Assembly: GCA_002269645.1 (NCBI GenBank)
Contig: NIVC01000173.1
Coordinates: forward strand, 496,001 to 560,000
Length of the DNA: 64,000 nt
From: Macrostomum lignano
Lineage: Eukaryota
Direction: 5' to 3'
A program made the position numbers and the translations under genes. Shown one piece after another: positions 36,086 to 49,100 of the stretch (the first letter of the stretch is position 1; every line of letters starts with the position of its first letter). Below the pieces are notes generated by a model. The model was not told where the DNA came from, ran no database searches, and saw nothing but the letters and a program-made list of their open reading frames with translations.

Positions 36086-37816
36086 CAACTGCGCCTCCGG
36101 CAGCGGCAGCCGGTGCCGAAGGCTTCTTGGCACCGGATTTGGCGGGAGCCGACGACGCTTCGCCAATAGTGGAGGAGCCGGGCCCGATGCCCGCCAGCTG
36201 GCCAGTCATCTCTATGCCGAGCTCGTCCAGAACCTGATGACAAAATTTATTTACAAAGTTTGTCGTGAATAATGCAGTACTGATTGGGGTTTTTTGTTAG
36301 TTGGTCATAGATTTGACTAGAACTGTAGTGATGAACATTAGGGATTCACTTATTACAGTTCTGTAGTAAATCAGAGACAGTATTATACTGATCACTAAGC
36401 CATATTGTCCACACAGTGGTGCACAGGTTGCTGTGTAAGGAATCTAGCTAATTAGACGCTGGTGGCTTAAGTGTGCCCGCTTCCCTATGAAAACGCACAT
36501 AATATTACTTCAAAGCAACAACAATATTGCAAGTCAATTAATTTTAAGTTGTAGTATATAGGAGAGGCCGGTAAGAATACTAGTATCAATGTGTCACTAT
36601 TATCACATAAAGGCTGGTGTCGTCGGACTCCGGCCCGCTGGCCACATGCAGCCCGAGAAGCCTCTCTATCCGCCCATCGGGTCCTCTGAAACTTCAAAAT
36701 TGCAATCCGGCCAGCTCCGCGTGTTTCGCGTCTCTTTTCAGCTGTCTTCTCTCTAATAATCTCTATTTCTTTTCTTTTTCCTCTCTTCTCTCCTTGCTGA
36801 AAAGCTCGTTGGAACAGCAAGTTGATGCAGCGAATGCAGGCCTGGTGGAACACTAGTTTACGTTTACCAGTACAGCACTTTACGATTCGCACCATAGCCC
36901 TGAAGCCATTTTAAAATCTACAGAAAGTTAACGTTTGGTATTTACTAGACGGAGTTTATAAAAGCAAGCAAATATATTTTTCGAACCTTTGTGACCACAG
37001 CGTCACTGGCCTCTTCATCATCGGTGTTCCCAATTGCATCGTCAATAGCATCGGACATGACCTCCTCCTTCATGTCCATCATCTCCGATTCTTTCTCAAA
37101 CTGGGCCATGATCTGCTGCAGCTGCGGCAGATTCATTGATTGGTTCATTCGCTGCATAGTGAGAGTGACGCCTTTCATTGCTTGGGCCATCTGGTTCGTG
37201 GAGCGTAGAGTTTGGATCTTCAAGCTGATGGCTTGAATGTTGGCTCGCATCATGATAAACTTTTTAATGTAGCTTCGAGTTCGCACCTGTAGATATTTGA
37301 AATCGTAATGGAGAGCTTGAGTAACTAAATCAAGGTCAGGGATTAGAAAATACTTGGATCTGAAAACATCAGCTACAAGAGGACTACTAAAGGACAGACC
37401 AGAGTGGCTCAGTGGTATAGTGCGTCGGATTCTCGCAGCTAAGTCCATGAATTCGATTTCGGGCTTGTGCGCAAAAACTGACCAATATCTTGTCCTGAAT
37501 TCCCCCTTAAATTCATTAGGCAGTGCGAAGGAACTAACTGAACCGTTTTTCGTCTCTAGTATTTTTATCGCCTCGAAGATGAGTACCTCGAAACATGTCT
37601 AGTGCATTACTATACCAGGTCTTTGGCCATAATCTTCACGGCGTCCATTTGCCCTTGCTTGGCAAGTTTCTTCATATCGGCAATCACTTTCTTCTCCTGC
37701 TGCTCCAACCGGCCCCGCTCCCTGTCAAGGTCTCGCATCGCTCGGTTAAGCGCACGCTGATTCTGCCGAAGCATCTCTTCCGGCGTCTTCTTCCGGCCGA
37801 ACAGACTGAACGGCAT
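35952..37816 (-). CDS. CHMP2A: Charged multivesicular body protein 2a (ESCRT-III); exons 37816-37616, 37286-36987, 36233-35952; about 260 aa
   Basis: LFGRKKTPEEMLRQNQRALNRAMRDLDRER...AKDLVRTR..MRANIQAISLKIQTL...DMKEE..DAIDDA...VLDELG and C-terminal MIM DLETRLNNLRRQ*. Junctions are phase 0,0. Confidence 0.97.
36612..36790. mobile_element. hAT-type MITE fragment in CHMP2A intron 2
   Basis: Its reverse complement aligns with 44620-44715 (attttgaagtttca...ggatagagaggct...). Confidence 0.55.
37398..37470 (+). mobile_element. tRNA-like SINE head fragment in CHMP2A intron 1
   Basis: gtggctcagtggtatagtgcgtcggattc...aattcgatttc gives box A/B-like motifs. It resembles the family A head. Confidence 0.4.
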
Positions 37817-38507
37817 CTCTGTGGGCTTGATTCGACGCGCTTGTGGGAAGAAACTGCTTGTAAAGGCTCGTCCTTTTGAACTGCCTGTACTGCTGCAAAT
37901 TTGGTAGATAGGACTAGCTATTTGGAGTGGCATGGAGTCCGATAATTCAAAGTTATTTAGTCGAAGGAAGTTTTTATTAAGCTCACCGTTGTTACAATGA
38001 TCAAAACTCAAAACACAGTAAAACAAATCTCAAATCAAACTCAAATAGGTTTCGTTTAGGAAACTAAAACGAAATTACTTGATCTTTCGTTGCTCGAGCT
38101 TTTTCGGCCGCTGACTTTGCATCAACTGACAAGTTAAGCAGACGAACGAAATGAATGAATAAACGTAGCGTCATGACATATTCCTCTTAGCTAATTTTAT
38201 TCTTTCCTGAAAAATACAAAGATAGTAACTTGTTAGTATTTAGTATTAACCTTCAATATTATATCATGCAATTAATGTCTACTCTAAATTCATGCCATAG
38301 ACAATTGTTCGGTAATATTTTATTTCTTCTTTCCATATTTCCAAAGTTTTTTGCCGGGTTCACAAAGCTTTGGTCGCTTCTATAGCTTCTTGGATGTTGT
38401 AGCAATTATTTTGAAATTATTGTCTTAAAATGTGGAAACTGTTGCCGGTTCCTGAAAATTTCCTACACATTTTTGTCTATATAGTTTATTATATTTAAAT
38501 GAGAAAA

Positions 38508-38700
38508 TGTGGCCTGCGAGTTGAAGTCGCTACTAGCGCAGGATGGTGGATGGGCGTTGCAGCTGGCTGAGGCCTCTGGTACTGTATACATGTTTATGTA
38601 CAAGGCTTCAGTCCCGACGTGCTATCGTCAGCTCGAAAGGCCGCATGGAGCAGCCCAGAGTGCGCCGAGTCCAGCTGTCGCTCCAGCGTGGCCGTCAAAG
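38508..38700 (-). mobile_element. Third RTE LINE fragment
   Basis: gtggcc..cagttgaagtcgct...gaaaggccgca.ggagcagccc.gagtgcgccgagtcca aligns with about 19950-20110. Confidence 0.75.
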
Positions 38701-39106
38701 ACTTTTTTTCTGCACTTTTATAAACTTTGCACTCCCTTCAGTAGACCTGAAACTCATACATGTATATATCATCTATTTCGTAATGACTCAGTCGGCATCA
38801 GGGGAATTTTACAGCAATCAAAGAATCTAAATTATGCTTAGGAAGTAAATGTACTTCCCATTTATGTCTCTATACTTGTAATGGACAGGTTAGAATTTTC
38901 ATATTTCGATTCCGGGACCTGTTATGTTATTTAATTACGGCTACTTCACCGGTCAGTTTTATTTATGTGTTGTTGCTCTCGTACTTTTTAGCGCCCAGTT
39001 TTGTTGTTATTACTTCAATTGCGTGTTCTTTTGTCCTTAGACATCTCGGCTCGATCTAGACGGTTCTTGCCGCGGCTGGTGGAGGGCCTCCAGACATTGT
39101 CGCCAG

Positions 39107-39351
39107 GGGGGGGGCGTTTCACAAAATCCTCCTAAGACTGAATTTTAAGTTCCAACTTTTTGGTCGAACTTATGACTCAGTCGTAAATGCGTTTCATAGA
39201 CACTTGAGAATCACAATCCCCGCGGGTCGGACCTAATTAAGTTGTATCCTAGCAAAAACCCAGTCTTATTTCTGTGAAACACTTATTATTCTTGAGCTAC
39301 TACCTAAGTTGAATCTTAGGTTCAAACTTTGCTTTGTGAAACGCCCCCCCC
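39107..39351. mobile_element. PIF/Harbinger-type MITE, 245 bp
   Basis: Perfect 19-bp TIR GGGGGGGGCGTTTCACAAA and 3-bp TSD CAG at 39104-39106 and 39352-39354. Confidence 0.85.
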
Positions 39352-42300
39352 CAGCCGATTGGCTGAGCGCGCCGGACGTCTTTCTCCTTTTGCCGCATGC
39401 AGCCTATCAGCGCTGGTGCCCTGTGAGGTGCTCAGCTGATTGGCTAGATCCTCCTGCTGTTTTCTCTCTCCCCTTCTCCCGTTTTTCGACCATTTCTTCT
39501 TTACCTCTAGCTCTACCTAGCCCCGCGCTCAACGAGATTTAAAAAACGACATGCAGACTCCAATAAAAAAGGCAAAATTATACGTACTACGAAACAGAAT
39601 AAACTTTTTCTAGAAACAAGCACAAGAGACGCAACGAGATAGCAGACCAGGCCCCTTATTACGTACTCGACTGTTCCCAGTCAATAAGCATTCACACTCC
39701 GTCTTGTTCCGTACCGGTGTTGCCATACATGTAGCTAGTATTATATCTGTCAGTCAGCACGTCCATACGCTCAAAGATTGGAGTTCAAGCTACACTACGC
39801 TACACGATCGTACTATTTTGTACTGAACCATAAAAAATTTATCACACGTCCCAAATTACGCCTCGGACCCATGCAGGCTTCATTCTCAGCGTTCCAAAGC
39901 CTCCGAATTCACTTAGGCTTCACTTTGCCCGTCCCACGCCTTTTGACTTTACTCTACGCGTCCAACGCCATATATAGTCAAATTGCCAATCGTGTCCAAC
40001 GCCTGAATAGTAATTACTGTAAACTTAAAAGCAGGGTCTGGGGTCCTGAACCGCGACCATAATCACTGCACATGGTTAACCTTATCTTTCCCTTTTATGG
40101 CACCATAATCTATTCTCTCCAGACTCTCTGGAGAGAATGAAATCAGCATAGAATTGGGCCTGATTTTTATAGTTTTTTTGCACTGACAGAGAAGATGAGA
40201 GGCAAATTCTGGGTTTCTAAGCTTCAGAATCACAAATAGAACGGCATTTACTAAAAAACAGCTGTTGCAGTATCTGCTTTTAACCAAAGAGCAAGGTTTC
40301 CGTCGGGCCCGTCAATTCTATTCAAAGTCGTGGGATGGGTTGGATACTGCAACTATTCATTTTACATTATGGTGATTTGTATCAGATATTTTCCTAATTC
40401 TAACGCATAAAAATTAAGTTCTTATTTTAGTTATATCAAGCTTATTTAGCTTTTTTTCGAACGCAAATTAAAATTACAATTTGTTAAAATCTTTTCTGAT
40501 AAACAAATCAAACCGAAAATGTTTATCAGTCAAAATCGTAAATTATTCGTAATTAAACTTGCAGTCAGAGAAACAGCCAATATGCAGGATTACTGAATCG
40601 GCTTGTAGTAGTAAGATGCTGATGCTAAAATCTTTTACTTAGCCTAAACTAATTGATTAAATATGTATATACATAAGGTTATAAACGTAAGTAGAATTTT
40701 GTGTCCAGCTACCTTTTTATTTTTTTATATAGGCCTAGCCTATTATAGGCCCTACACTAGAGCCATTGAGGCAGAGCTGCTGAGGGCCTAATTTAATTAG
40801 TAAAATCCAATTTGATTTCAGGCAGGAAAAATTGTAGGCCTAGGCTAGGGCAAAAAAATTAGACAGATCTAATCAGTTGCCAAAATAAAGCACAAATTTA
40901 AAAATATATAATATAATATAAATAAGCCTAAAGGCTAAACGATTGCAACTTTTAAATTGTTGCAGGCGGGTCTCTCTCTATTTCTACTGGATCCCACAGC
41001 TGATACCAAGTTGTTGCAGGTGATTCTACTTTCTAGCTTATAATTCCACTGCTGAATCACCAAGTTGTTCTAGGCCCCTTTGCTATTTTATAATATCCCG
41101 CTGATTTGTCACCAAATCGTACTAGAAATCCTCTATCTTATTCTAAGAAAATGTATTAAGCCTATTATTTTTAAAAATCCTACTTTTATATTTACATGTA
41201 CTTTATACTTTATACGCTATGGGCTGGGTAGCTTAGTGCCCAAGCGGCAAGACACTGCTGACTACTACTAAACTCTTAAACTATACAGTCCAAACATGGC
41301 GTTACTACAAACCAAGGGGTTTCTGGCTTTAATAATGTCTCTCCCAACTAATACTGCATCACACTTAGCTATAATAGCCTGAATCTATTTCTTGGGAATC
41401 TTCCTATTCTATCTGCCCTTTCTTTTACTGAGCAAAACGCTTGTTTGGCAATCCCTGCTTAATTGCACTAGCAAAATGCCCTTTCTATCCAACATGGTAT
41501 TTCCAACTCGCAATCCTGCTTAAATGACAGAGTCAGAAAACTAGAGAAATCTTAATTTCTAGGTTACTGAGTATTGAGCCCAAAAGGTTGAAAAATGTTC
41601 TATTTTGGCTTTGTATTTATAGTAGGGCCTAGACAAAGTCTAGCAGAATAGGCATTCGCACCTTCCTGCTATGTCCCCCTGGGACAGCCTTGCAGCTAAG
41701 TAGACCAAGTCTTGTCCTATTGGTTCATGTATCTTGCATTTAAACAACAGTTAACTCAAACAAAATTATTTCAGCTTACTAAAACAAAATTTCTATTTTT
41801 GAAACAAAATAATACATTAAAACAAAAATATATGGTATTTGTTATTTGGCAAGAATTTAACTTTTAAAAATAATAATAATTTTGTAAAATAAAATCTAGG
41901 CCCTTCTACAAAATCTTAAATTGTAATTTCAAATTTTGGTATGGCATTGAAATGGGAAATCAAATGATTCATTGCCATCTCAATATGAAGTGGCACCCAC
42001 CTGTCCTTTTACATAATAGATTATTAAATTAAATATTATTTTTATTAGGGAATAAATACTTCTAAAGAATTTTTTTGCTCAAGATCCTTTCACATTATAG
42101 TCATTCAATTGGACCCTTTTTTCCACATAGCTCAAAAAATGAGACTGACCTTGTATAGCAAAGGGGGTGGGGCCCTATTGCAGCCAAGGTCTGAACCGCG
42201 CCGGACGCCCCCCTTTCCCGCGCCAGACATCCACCCGTACCGCGCTAGGCCAGTCCCTAGGATCAGTGATTTGGTTCAATTAGTCAGTCAATGGCTTGCA

Positions 42301-42598
42301 TCAATTGACATTGACCTGGCCCTTTGTTGCCGCCAGTCGCCAAAGCACCTGCCACGCCGCCACGCCACGCCGCGCCGCTGCCACGCGCCGCGCTGCCGCC
42401 AGGCCAATCTGCGCCAGACGCCGTCCGCCAAAATGCCCATGCGCTGCAATCAGGGGGTAGGGCAAAGTGAGTGTCACTTCCTGGGCAAGCAAAGCAACCA
42501 AAAAGGATTCCTTGGAACATTGATGCTCTTGAAAAAGAAATGAATATAAATTTACTTTTGTTTGTGAATTTTTTTTCTTTTAAAATGATGCTAATGAT

Positions 42599-42895
42599 CA
42601 TACATGCGCAACAGTCGGCCGAGTCGGCCGATCCGGCCGACCGATTTGGCGGCCAACCAAGGAAGTCGCAAAAATGCCGACCCGAAAAACACAGAGTAGT
42701 AGCACTAAGTAGCTGACGAGGCATTTTGGCTTTATAAGACAGTCATAGTTACTCCTGCCGTTTACCCAAAGTTGGGTTAATTTTGCTGTTGGGTTATTTT
42801 ACATGTAAGTCGCATTTTTTGGCCAAAAACTATGTCGCATTTTTGTTAAAACTAAGTCGCACGGCCGACCGAAATTTGGAGGTTGCGCATGTATG
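42599..42895. mobile_element. hAT-type MITE, 297 bp
   Basis: Perfect 14-bp TIR CATACATGCGCAAC and perfect 8-bp TSD CTAATGAT at 42591-42598 and 42896-42903. Confidence 0.88.
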
Positions 42896-44136
42896 CTAAT
42901 GATGCAGAATGACAAATAGGAGTTGTCTATGGCCCATACTAGCCGTGTAGACTTGTTTGGAGCACAACAATTCAGCTGAGTTTTATTGAGCTCATAATGT
43001 CAACTGGTAACACAACTGGTGGGAAACATTTTTAAACAGCACTGAGCAATGCTCAGTTCAGTTCAATGCAGTCCTGACTGTCTCAGATTCCTAAACTAGG
43101 TAATAGGCCCTAATGACAAATCTAGTACAGAATGCTACCAAAAGCCTTGGCAGGCCCCGGGTGAAGGTGTCGCCATAGATACTCTTGGATCTATAGTCTC
43201 ATCAGTACTTACCGTCACTTCCATCAAATCCCTTGAATTCATATTTAGTTCCATCAGTGCCTGTGCTAGCAGAACTTCATTTGGTGGCACAATCCACAAT
43301 GGTCTTGGAGGCCATCCAGCCATTTGCAAATCAGAAGAGTCTCAAAGTCTCTAAAGTCCAAACTATAATAAGGGCTCAATAAAACTCAGCCAAATTTTTG
43401 TGCCCCAAACAACTCTATGCGGCTAGTACAAGCCATAGACAACTTCTATTTGTCATTCCAGGTCATTGGCATCATTTTAAAAGAAAAAAATTCATGAATG
43501 AAAGTAAATTTATGCCAAGAAATGTCATCTTATGGAACTCACATAAATAAACACCTTTTGTATAGTAGTATATCCAAACTTAGCATTAAAGCTTTGCATA
43601 TTAAAAAACTCTGCTTTAGCAGGAAAATTGGCAATAAAAGCAATAACTAACAATTTAATAGTGCTAAACTCCACTTTAAATTTCATGTTTGATGTATTCT
43701 TTAGCATAGAGTGCAAACAATCTTGCCTATTCAGGCTTAGATTCTCTATAAATAAACAGCAAATAGGACAATTTTTCTTAATATATTTGTTCTTTTGAAA
43801 GTAAGTTGACAATGGCACATGTTAATGGTCATAGATGATAGCCTTTTGATTTTTGTATAGGTTCTATGGTGTATGTGTCAATGTATCTTGACAATGGACT
43901 TTGGAATTAAAGTAAGGTTGCATAAGGAAAACATAGAACAAAATCTGCTTTGTAGATAGGCTAGCTATCAAAGCATATATGATGACTTTTTGCTTTTCAT
44001 TTTTCCCAACCATCAATTTCATATCATTTCTATAATTACTTTTTATCAAATAAAAATTGAAAAATTTACAAAAATATAAAAATTAAACCTTGCTAGGGTT
44101 TAAGCTTTAAGCATATTTAGTTATATTGCTTTACAT

Positions 44137-44721
44137 CAAGGGTCAACAAACTTTTTTACCTTAAGGGTTGGATGAAGAAGCCAGCTCATGGTTATGGGCT
44201 AGTTGAGAGAAAAAAGGAATAAAAGATATAATTAACAAAACAAGATAAGAAAACAGGGGAGGGATAAGAGAAGGAAGAGAAAAGAAAGGGGACAAGGGGA
44301 TAAAAGGGAGAGAAGAAAGGGAGATAAAGGGGAGAAAGGAGAGAAGAGAGAGGGAGAAAAGGGGGGAGATGAGATAGAAGGGAGAGAGGAAAGGGAGATA
44401 AGAGAATAGGAGATAGAGAGAGAGAAGAAAGGGGAAGAAAAGAGGGGAAAGGAAAGGGGGAGAAGAAAGAGGGGATATAGAGGAGAGAGGTGATAGTGGA
44501 GAGAAGGAATAGAGAAGCTATCTCTAGAGAGGGGAGAGGAATAAAAGAATAGACAGTGGTAAGGAGTAGGGAGAGGGGATAAAAGATAAGAGAGAGAAAA
44601 GAAAAAAGACAAACATTGAGCAGGTCAGATTACTATTTTGAAGTTTCAATGGACCTGAGAGCCAGATAGAAAAGCTTTGCTGGCCACATGTCGCCTGCAG
44701 ACAAGAGTTTGCCAACCCTTG
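44137..44721. mobile_element. hAT-type MITE with an internal purine-rich expansion
   Basis: TIRs caagggtcaacaaact / agtttgccaacccttg (13 of 16 match). TSD ctttacat / ctttatat (7 of 8). GA-rich tract at about 44230-44610. Confidence 0.7.
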
Positions 44722-45431
44722 CTTTATATTTAGATATAGGCCTAAATTATGCTATATACAAATAGTTAAGGTATACTATTTCAGTATTTTTAATAACATT
44801 TCTAAATCTTCAAAATTTGGTTTTATCAATGTATGTCTTTGAGCTACATTGAATTTTGTGTTAATATTTAGAATTTAAAAGCATTAACTACAATTGGCAA
44901 AAGAACTACTCCATACCAGGTAAGGTATCATTTCTTAATATTAACAAACTGCAATCTTGGAGCACAATTTTTGCATAGCAATTTTTAAATGCAAGGTTAT
45001 GTGTACAATAGTACTTAAGTGTTTGAATTCTAAGTTCATATCATATAAAAAGCAAGGTAAAAAGGCAAAGAAGAAAGAGGCTAAGATTTTTACACCTTAG
45101 TTTTTAAAATAAACAAAGAGCATAAAACAAAGCAAACAAAAAGAAAGATTTGCAACTGGATTTCTATAATTTTTTGTTAAAACTAAATTACAGTGGTTGA
45201 TATAGATTGGGGAGTTTATTCATCTATATGTATAGGCATCTAGCTTAAAATTTCTTACAGAAATGAGATTGTTATTTATCAATCAATTGTCATTGTAGTT
45301 GAAGTATTTATTTAAAATAGTCATTAAGTAAAATCATTGGTAATTTTCCAATCATTGGAACAAAGCATATGTAACTAGTTCAAATATGCTCAACTATTCT
45401 GTTTATTAAATGCTATCATTCATGGGAATTG

Positions 45432-45875
45432 GTAAAATTAGTAAGGGCTCTATGGGAATCTTTGAGATTAGCAGGGGCTCCAGGGGAAGCTCTGAGAGTA
45501 GTAAGGACTCCAAGGGGATCTCTGGGATTAGTAAGGGCTCCAGGGGAATCTCTGGGATTAGTAAGGGCTCCAGGGGAATCTCTTGGATTAGTAAGGACTC
45601 CAATGGGATCTCTGGGATTAGTAAGGGCTCCAGGGGAAGCTCTGGGAGTAGTAAGGACTCCAATGGGATCTCTGGGATTAGTAAGGGCTCCAGGGGAATC
45701 TCTGAGATTAGTAAGGGCTCCAGGGGAATCTCTGGGATTAGTAAGGGCTCCAGGGGAATCTCTGGGATTAGTAAGGGCTCCAGGGGAATCTCTGAGATTA
45801 GTAAGGGCTCCAGAGGAATCTCTGAGATTAGTAAGGGCTCTAGGGGAATCTCTTGGATGAGTAAGGATACCATGT
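45432..45875. repeat. 30-bp minisatellite, about 14 copies
   Basis: Unit gattagtaagggctccaggggaatctctgg with variants. Confidence 0.93.
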
Positions 45876-46168
45876 AAATTTCTGGAATAGGAAAGAGGTC
45901 ATGGAATCAAAGGAAAGGTTTATATTTTTTCTGTACTTTTAGTCAATAAAAATGTCTAATGTCTGGTTTTCTCTTTTTTAGCTCGTATCTGCTTAACTGA
46001 GTATATAACTGCTATTTAAGTCTATTTTTAGTACCGGTGAATTCATAAATTATCATCTCCTTTATTTAGTCTGTAATCTAAATATGCGCATTGCTACTAT
46101 GCTACTGATAGTAGCTAACTACTGTATATTAATTATATATATATGCTCTCTTATAGCCTCGACTACGC

Positions 46169-49100
46169 ATGAAAGGCAGGCTAAGCCTCAGCGTCCCAAA
46201 TAGCCATTGCGAAGAGCTATCTAGCGAGATAATACCCTATCTGGTGAAATTTGTTAAATCGGTTGATATATTCTTTTCTGACGGCCCATCCAGTACGCCA
46301 GACGACAGGCAATGGGTGACTTGCACAGGCGTAGGGGACAATCTGCAATACGCTTACAATTATGTTAATCTTGTCTGCTCTGTGCCGCCGCACAGCATGT
46401 TTTGCAAAGTTTCTAACCGGGCTCTGGCTAAACTGATGTCCAGTCACAGTTCTCTGCGCTTCTTACTAGAGCAGAACTATAGATGCCATTTGAAATCTCA
46501 GCAGACAGATAAGCTCGACGACCCAGTTGGCGATTTCAAAGTGATTGGCCAACAGAATGACGCCTGTAAACTGGTGCAAGCGTTGGAAAGCATTGCAAAA
46601 CATTGTTTACATATTACTGGTCAGATTCCTCGGGAAGCTTTGGAGAAAACTGCTCGAAGTTTAATTGAACAGTTCGGTTTGAATTTTGAGGTATTATTTT
46701 TTGTTGTAATTCTAATAATTTATTTTTATGATTATCAGTTATTATATACATGTAAAGGTGGGGCTCCCTGATGCAGCAGTGTTTTCGGCGATATCTTTTC
46801 GTGACAAGTAGTAGGGTCGCCATCACAAACCCGAAAAGCACTTCCTATCATAAGTCTGAAATATCACAACCAAGGACAACTAAACCAACGTATATACCGG
46901 ACGCGACACTCGAAATCTATGGGAAATGTTTTTGAAAGCCACTTTTCGCCAAAATATACACTACGAAGATAGGAAGTATTCATTTTTCGGCACAAAAATT
47001 GTTATTGCTTTGGATAAGGGGCAGATCCAATGTTCATCCTTTGACATTTTGTGCCTTTCTTATAGCTCTATTGATATTCATAAAGCAATTCGTTCAGAAA
47101 ATTAGGATTCATTGTTAATTTTTTATTCTACGTACCTTTCCTGTACCTAAAAATTATAAAAATGCATGGCACTGCTCTCGAATCTTTGGTTTTATATGAT
47201 TCCATTTCCATAATAGATTTCGAGTGTCGCGTTCTGTATATGCGTTGCCTTAGTTGTCCTTGGTTATGATAGTTCCGGTTTGTGATAGGCGTTGCTAGCA
47301 ATTTCGGAGTTATGATAGTTCCGGTTTGTGATAGGCGTTGCTAGCAATTTCGGAGTTATGATAGTTCCGGTTTGTGATAGGCGTTGCTAGCAATTTCGGA
47401 GTTATGATAGTTTAGGTTTGTGATAGGCGTTGCTAGCAATTTTGGAGTTATGATAGTTTAGGTTTGTGATAGGCGTTGCTAGAAATTTCGGAGTTATGAT
47501 AGTTCCGGTTTGTGATAGGCGTTGCTAGCAATTTCGGAGTTATGATAGTTCGGGTTTGTGATTTTTCGGGTTTGTGATGCCAGCCAGACACGCACAGACA
47601 CGCACTCATACACAAGCTCACACGGGGTTTACACTTACAGCTCAGGTAGTTAATCCTTATGGCTGTAAACCTTCAAAGGGTACATAGAGAATGTACATGC
47701 ATGACCCGATTGGAAGTCAGGGCCGCTTTACACCCTGTGTGAGCGTGTGCAGTATTCACTAGGGTTAGTAGTATATTCGGCATTTAGCGAAGTAGTATCT
47801 GGATAGTATATACAAATTCGTAGTTAAGAACGCCCTAAAAGGGGCCGTTTTAGTACAACACAAGCTTTGCCCGAATCCAGAGCACTCAACCGGAACCATA
47901 CCATACCTTAACAACAGGAGCTAGTTACCGAAAGCACAGTTCTTACCTATGCGGTTTTCAACTGGTTAACTGGAGCCCAGCACAGTCTTCAACCCATTGG
48001 CAAAGGCCTGCCACAACTGGAATTGTGCGAATCTATGGAAGCAGATAGTTCGAATTCAAAAACTAATACTACCGGCCGTTTAAACGTTTTGTCAGAAAAT
48101 ATTAGTAAACGATTAGGACCGCCAGTTGCTATGGAAACAGACGAGCAGCCCATTGCTAAGCGATTAGGACCTGCTCCTGGTTTGGCTGCTTCTACTTCGG
48201 GTCCTTCGGGTCCGTTAGTAAGCGGCTACTTGGCCTCTGCCACGGGAGCGTACTCCTTGCTGCCTACTAACGATGATGGCATTGCTAGAATCTTTGAGGC
48301 CTCGCCTCCGCTCCGACCCTTGCTACCTAGCAACCCACGGCTCAACTCTACTAAGCAGCAGCCACCTCAGCCTCGGCAGAGGCGAAAACAACCGACACCA
48401 ATAGTGATTGATTCTCCGTCACCGCCATCGTCGCCAACTACTACTACAACAGCTACAGAAGCTAATAATAGTGCTACTAATAATATAGCCGATAGATCTA
48501 TTCACATCGATATTGATGATGACGAGGATGATAATAGTAATTTAAATCGTCCTAGCAGCACGGCGGCTGCGGCTGCTGCTGCTACTTCTGCTGCTCCTGA
48601 AGACGATGATGACTTAATGGTTGTCAGCATTGACAGACCATCGGATCAGGATCCACCAGCCATACCATCTTCCATTCCGTTTGCTCGCTACGGACAGACG
48701 TTTGGGTCTACGTCTACTTCGGCTGTTCGACGGCCTTCGCCGATTCGAGGGCCTTCGCCTCCGGTTAGTGAAGCTAATTATCAATTTTTATGTAGTGTCC
48801 TTCCCTGAACCCTTAGATTATCTCTTCTCTCGACTCAGCTGCCATTATCTCTTCACTCAGATGCCATTATCTCTTCACTCAGATGCCTTTGTCTCTTCTC
48901 TCAGATGCCATTATCTCTTCTCTCAGATGCCATTATCTCTTCTCTCAGATGCCTTTGTCTCTTCACTCAGATGCCATTATCTCTTCTCCCAGATGCCATT
49001 GTCTCTTCTCTCAGATGCCTTTGTCTCTTCACTCAGATGCCATTATCTCTTCTCCCAGATGCCATTGTCTCTTCTCTCAGATGCCTTTGTCTCTTCTCTC

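Noticed and set aside
35968-36237. Poly-Pro ORF resembling a formin or WASP segment
   Set aside because: It is the antisense of the CHMP2A poly-Gly exon.
40300-44100. Short ORFs in the AT-rich interval (e.g. 42109, 42284, 43525)
   Set aside because: No recognisable motifs or exon chain; partly MITE-derived.
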